Assembly: GCA_024408095.1 (NCBI GenBank)
Contig: JAKSVI010000002.1
Location: 2,111 to 66,110, forward strand
DNA from: Bacilli bacterium
GTDB lineage: Bacteria; Bacillota_I; Bacilli_A; RFN20; CAG-826
Reading direction: 5' to 3'
DNA length: 64,000 nt
In this document: one piece after another, positions 60,671 to 64,000 of the stretch
Layout of the letters: every line of letters begins with the position of its first letter
Position numbering within the stretch: position 1 is the stretch's first letter
The notes under the pieces: model-generated
What the model saw: the letters and a program-made list of their open reading frames with translations, nothing else
Databases searched by the model: none
What the model was told of the DNA's origin: nothing
Position numbers and translations under genes: made by a program

Positions 60671-60699
60671 TTGAAAGTTGTTTATTGTGCGTATATAAT
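60671..60699 (+). promoter_or_regulatory. Pmra promoter
   Basis: -35 TTGAAA (60671-60676), a 17-nt spacer, and -10 TATAAT (60694-60699). Confidence 0.65.
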
Positions 60700-60705
60700 G
60701 TTAGC

Positions 60706-60731
60706 AAGTGGAAGAAAGTGGGATAAAGTGG
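60706..60731 (+). promoter_or_regulatory. three direct AAGTGG repeats with 10-bp phasing (MraZ operator)
   Basis: AAGTGG occurs at 60706, 60716 and 60726, between the -10 and the mraZ ATG (60735). Confidence 0.65.
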
Positions 60732-60734
60732 TAA

Positions 60735-61163
60735 ATGTTTTTTGGAAACTATGAACACACAATCGATGAAAAGAATCGCTTAGTCATTCCTAGCAAATTA
60801 AGAGAAGAAGCTGGAGTGAAGGTTTTCATTTTGAAAGGTTTCGATGGAGCATTATCAGTTTACAAAGCTTTAGACTTTCAAAAATTAGTGGCGGAAATAC
60901 AATCTTTGCCCTTTAATGAAAAGATTTCTCGTGATTATATTCGAATTCAACTCGCAAGCGCAGCTGAAATGGATGTTGATAAACAAGGAAGAATCCAAAT
61001 ACCAACTCATTTGATGAACAAATATCAGATGAACAAAGAAGTGGTTATTATTGGAGTTGGCGATCATTTTGAAATTTGGAACAAAGATAAATATTTAGAT
61101 TACGAAAAACAAATTGAAAAAGAATTTGAAAGTAACGCTGAGAAATTGTCCAAACATGAATAA
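60735..61163 (+). CDS. mraZ: division/cell wall cluster transcriptional regulator MraZ
   Basis: MFFGNYEHTIDEKNRLVIPSKLR start and a duplicated SpoVT-AbrB-like module. Confidence 0.95.
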   Translation: MFFGNYEHTIDEKNRLVIPSKLREEAGVKVFILKGFDGALSVYKALDFQKLVAEIQSLPFNEKISRDYIRIQLASAAEMDVDKQGRIQIPTHLMNKYQMNKEVVIIGVGDHFEIWNKDKYLDYEKQIEKEFESNAEKLSKHE

Positions 61164-62082
61164 CGAAGAACATATCTCAGTATTATTGTCTGAGACAATT
61201 AAAGGTTTAAATATTAAACCTGATGGAATTTATGTAGATCTTACATTAGGTAGAGCAGGACATAGCGAAGCCATCTTAAAAAAACTTAAAGCTGGATTAT
61301 TGATTGGCATTGATCAAGATATAGATGCCATTAATAAAAGCGATATGAGACTAAAAAAAGTCTCAAATCGATACAAATTAGTTCATTCTAACTTTGTTAA
61401 ATGTAAAGAAATATTGGAAGAATTAGACATTGATAAAGTTGATGGATTCCTAATGGATCTAGGAGTATCCTCTCCACAATTTGATGAAGGATCTCGAGGC
61501 TTCTCATATAACAAAGATGCTCCATTAGATATGCGAATGAATCAAAATGGTTCTTTGACAGCAGAAATAATAGTGAATACTTATTCTTTTGAAGAATTGT
61601 GTCGGGTTTTTAGAAATTATGGTGATGAAAGATATGCAAGTCAAATTGCAGACAACATCATTAAATATCGTGAAATCAAGCCTATTCATACAACATTTGA
61701 ATTGGTAGATATTATCAAACAAAGCAAGCCAATGAAGGAGTTAAACAAACTTGGGCATCCTGCAAAGCAAGTATTTCAAGCACTTCGAATTGAGGTTAAT
61801 GATGAACTAAATGTATTAGCGAAAACATTGGTAGAAATTCTCCCTTTATTAAATAAAGGTGGGAGAATTGCGGTTATTACCTTCCATAGTGGTGAAGATA
61901 AAATTGTGAAACAAATTTTTAAAGAAAAAACAGTTGTTGAGGGAAATAGGTTAGATGGACCTATGGAACTTATAGAGCCCTATTATAGGTTAGTGAATAA
62001 ATTTATTGTTCCTACACCTGAAGAGATTTTAAAAAATCATCGTGCAACAAGTGCAAAATTAAGAATCATTGAAAAATTGTAA
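61156..62082 (+). CDS. rsmH: 16S rRNA (cytosine1402-N4)-methyltransferase
   Basis: HISVLLSE, DLTLGRAGHS, DLGVSSPQ and FHSGEDK motifs. I chose the ATG at 61156, overlapping the mraZ stop. Confidence 0.95.
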   Translation: MNNEEHISVLLSETIKGLNIKPDGIYVDLTLGRAGHSEAILKKLKAGLLIGIDQDIDAINKSDMRLKKVSNRYKLVHSNFVKCKEILEELDIDKVDGFLMDLGVSSPQFDEGSRGFSYNKDAPLDMRMNQNGSLTAEIIVNTYSFEELCRVFRNYGDERYASQIADNIIKYREIKPIHTTFELVDIIKQSKPMKELNKLGHPAKQVFQALRIEVNDELNVLAKTLVEILPLLNKGGRIAVITFHSGEDKIVKQIFKEKTVVEGNRLDGPMELIEPYYRLVNKFIVPTPEEILKNHRATSAKLRIIEKL

Positions 62083-62099
62083 AGAGAGGAAATTATTAT

Positions 62100-62198
62100 A
62101 TGTTAATGAAAGATAAATTATACAGAAACAAACGTCATGGATTTTATTTCAAATTTAAACGTTTTTTTACAACGGCATTTATGTTTATTTTGCCATAA
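62100..62198 (+). CDS. 32-codon small ORF (basic N-terminus plus the start of a hydrophobic segment) in the ftsL position
   Basis: ATG sits 9 nt after AGAGAGGA. The product is MLMKDKLYRNKRHGFYFKFKRFFTTAFMFILP. It is below the ORF-track size cutoff, and coding status is unproven. Confidence 0.3.
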   Translation: MLMKDKLYRNKRHGFYFKFKRFFTTAFMFILP

Positions 62199-62328
62199 TT
62201 TTGAGAATGATATATTTCAACCTACATTTTAAAAAAATAAATCTCAAAAAACATTCAAAAAAAACGACCCCTTATTATCTAATATTTGATTGAAATTTTA
62301 TCCCTAGAGTAAAATATTCAATTTGATT

Positions 62329-62358
62329 AAAGTCGCTAACCTCCTTAGTGACTTTTTT
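62329..62358 (+). terminator. rho-independent terminator between rsmH and ftsA
   Basis: AAAGTCGCTAA / TTAGTGACTTT stem (one G-U pair) with loop CCTCC, followed by a T-run. Confidence 0.7.
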
Positions 62359-62425
62359 ATAAATATGATTTTAACATAGTTAATTATTGAATTATGTGTG
62401 ACGAATTGCTAAAATTAAGAAGATT

Positions 62426-63628
62426 ATGAGCAAACCTGTTGTAGCCTTGGAGATTTCTTCCACCAAACTTAAAGTTGTAGTGGGATATATTTCAAATGAC
62501 AAAGTTAATATACTTTATGCTGTTACCAAGTCTATTGGTCATCTTTGTGATGGCGGTACATTTCCAAATCGAAACACTTTAATTAAGCAAATTGTTTCTA
62601 TGAAAACAATCTCAGACGCTTCAATGAAACTGAAATTTGATCTAAACGACGTGCTTCTATCCATTCCGTCCTATGGAATTGAAGTTTTTAATACGAAACA
62701 AACGACAACTGTAATTGGGGAAGAATTCCATATAGGAAATCTTGATTTTAGAAACTTATTTTCATTAATAAAAAATGGCCATTTGCCTACAAATAATGAG
62801 CTTGTTGATATTATTCCTGATTCGTTTATTGTTGATAGTCGTGATGAATATCTATTACCTCCATATCAAAAGGTTGGCCACACCTTAACTATGTTAGCAA
62901 AAGTTTTCACTCTTCCTCCCAAATTATGTGAATCTTATGTAAAAGCAGTGGAAGAATCGCATGTCAAAGTAAAAAGAACATTTGTTTCTAGCTTTGCTAG
63001 TGGCAATTTAATATCATCATACCCAGGAATTCCAAAAGACTATATTTTAGTAGATATTGGATCTCACATAACAACAGTATCTCTAATTGGAAATGGTAGT
63101 TTATTTGGTTCTAGATATTTTGATTGGGGTGGAAACAATATCACTGAAAAAGTTGTTAAATCATTTAATATAAGTGAAGAAGATGCTGAAAAATATAAAA
63201 TCTTGTATGGCATAGATACTAGAGAAATGAGGTTTAAAACCCCTATTTGTTCAATAGTTGATGGAGATGGAAATACAATTAATTATTATCCCCAAGATTT
63301 AAATTCAATAATCAATAAGGAATTGGATGTTTTTGCTCAACGTCTTAATATTGCTTTGGATTATTTATTTGAAGGATATGATGCAGAATTTAAAAAATTA
63401 CCTATGGTCTTAATAGGTGGCGGAAGTCAACTTCATGGACTTGTTGATTTTTTAAATAACAAAGTTACTAGTTCATCCATAACCCCTCTAATACCAACTA
63501 CATTAGGTGCTAGAGATCCAGGTCTATTTAACTGTTTAGGAATGATATACGCAAATGAAAAATATGAAAGCTCTTTTACTGAAAATCGTTCAAGTAAAGT
63601 TGATTTTGTGAAAAGAGAGAAAGAGTAG
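62426..63628 (+). CDS. ftsA: cell division protein FtsA
   Basis: Actin-fold ATPase (VALEISSTKLKVVVG, DIGSHITT, IGGGSQL) directly upstream of ftsZ. Confidence 0.9.
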   Translation: MSKPVVALEISSTKLKVVVGYISNDKVNILYAVTKSIGHLCDGGTFPNRNTLIKQIVSMKTISDASMKLKFDLNDVLLSIPSYGIEVFNTKQTTTVIGEEFHIGNLDFRNLFSLIKNGHLPTNNELVDIIPDSFIVDSRDEYLLPPYQKVGHTLTMLAKVFTLPPKLCESYVKAVEESHVKVKRTFVSSFASGNLISSYPGIPKDYILVDIGSHITTVSLIGNGSLFGSRYFDWGGNNITEKVVKSFNISEEDAEKYKILYGIDTREMRFKTPICSIVDGDGNTINYYPQDLNSIINKELDVFAQRLNIALDYLFEGYDAEFKKLPMVLIGGGSQLHGLVDFLNNKVTSSSITPLIPTTLGARDPGLFNCLGMIYANEKYESSFTENRSSKVDFVKREKE

Positions 63629-63634
63629 GTAAAT

Positions 63635-64000
63635 ATGGAAAATTATAATTTAGATAATTTTGAACCAGCTGCAAAAATTGTTGTTATAGGAGTTGGCGGA
63701 GCAGGAAATAACGCCGTCAATCGTATGATTGATGAAGATATCAACAACGTAGAATTTTATGTCGCCAATACTGACAAACAAGCTCTTTCAACCAGCAAAA
63801 GTAATAATAGAATTGTCTTAGGGGCCGATATAACTGGAGGTCTTGGTGCTGGTGGAGAGCCAGAAGTAGGAGAAGCGGCTGCTGAAGCAAGTGCTGATGA
63901 TATCCGCGAAATCGTAAAAGGCGCAAATATGGTATTCATCGCTGCTGGGATGGGCGGTGGCACAGGTACTGGTGCCGCTCCTGTAATTGCAAAAATTGCA
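63635..64000 (+). CDS. ftsZ: cell division protein FtsZ (3' end cut by window edge)
   Basis: [32 protein letters not shown]...GLGAGG...[20 protein letters not shown]. The frame is open to the window end. It is absent from the ORF track because there is no stop codon in the window. Confidence 0.95.
   Translation, partial: MENYNLDNFEPAAKIVVIGVGGAGNNAVNRMIDEDINNVEFYVANTDKQALSTSKSNNRIVLGADITGGLGAGGEPEVGEAAAEASADDIREIVKGANMVFIAAGMGGGTGTGAAPVIAKIA

Noticed and set aside
63741-63963. Two overlapping minus-strand ORFs (61 and 68 aa) rich in Pro, Leu and Ala.
   Set aside because: They are antisense to the glycine- and alanine-rich GTP-binding region of ftsZ (GGAGNNA...[10 protein letters not shown]), so they are a codon-composition artefact.

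Overview
AT-rich (GC not computed), gene-dense chromosomal segment from a low-GC Firmicutes/Mollicutes-type bacterium. It uses the standard genetic code: TGA terminates polA, and all long ORFs are intact under code 11. About 62 CDS are packed tightly, many joined by TAATG or ATGA overlaps. Almost all are housekeeping genes: a PPi-type PFK joined to a complete F1Fo atpIBEFHAGDC operon; ppa; gmk; the rsmB-like/rlmN/PP2C phosphatase/Ser-Thr kinase/rsgA/rpe block; leuS, tyrS, thrS and pheST; rpsD, rpmB and infC-rpmI-rplT; ezrA-nifZ-thiI; pfkA; dnaB(loader)-dnaI; dnaE-polA-mutM::coaE; nrnA-ackA; glgB-glgP; and mraZ-rsmH-ftsA-ftsZ. Gene order closely follows the Bacillus subtilis ylo and yt/ys regions. 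The dcw cluster has no ftsL, pbp or mur genes and the PrkC homologue has no PASTA domains, which fits a wall-less Acholeplasma-like organism (inference). I found no rRNA or tRNA genes, CRISPR arrays, transposases, phage genes or defence islands. Cis-elements readable in the sequence are a tyrS T-box, an L20-type attenuator before infC, a structured rpsD leader, three 10-bp-phased MraZ boxes, a DnaA-box cluster upstream of the helicase-loader operon, and several rho-independent terminators. I do not see a convincing novel multi-gene system, so this looks like core genome. The best leads are a c-subunit with a two-carboxylate Na+-binding signature next to a co-translated PPi-PFK, a MutM::CoaE fusion, a catalytically degenerate RsmB homologue, a DnaI with Walker-A Lys->Arg, the DnaA-box cluster, and a 32-codon ORF in the ftsL position.
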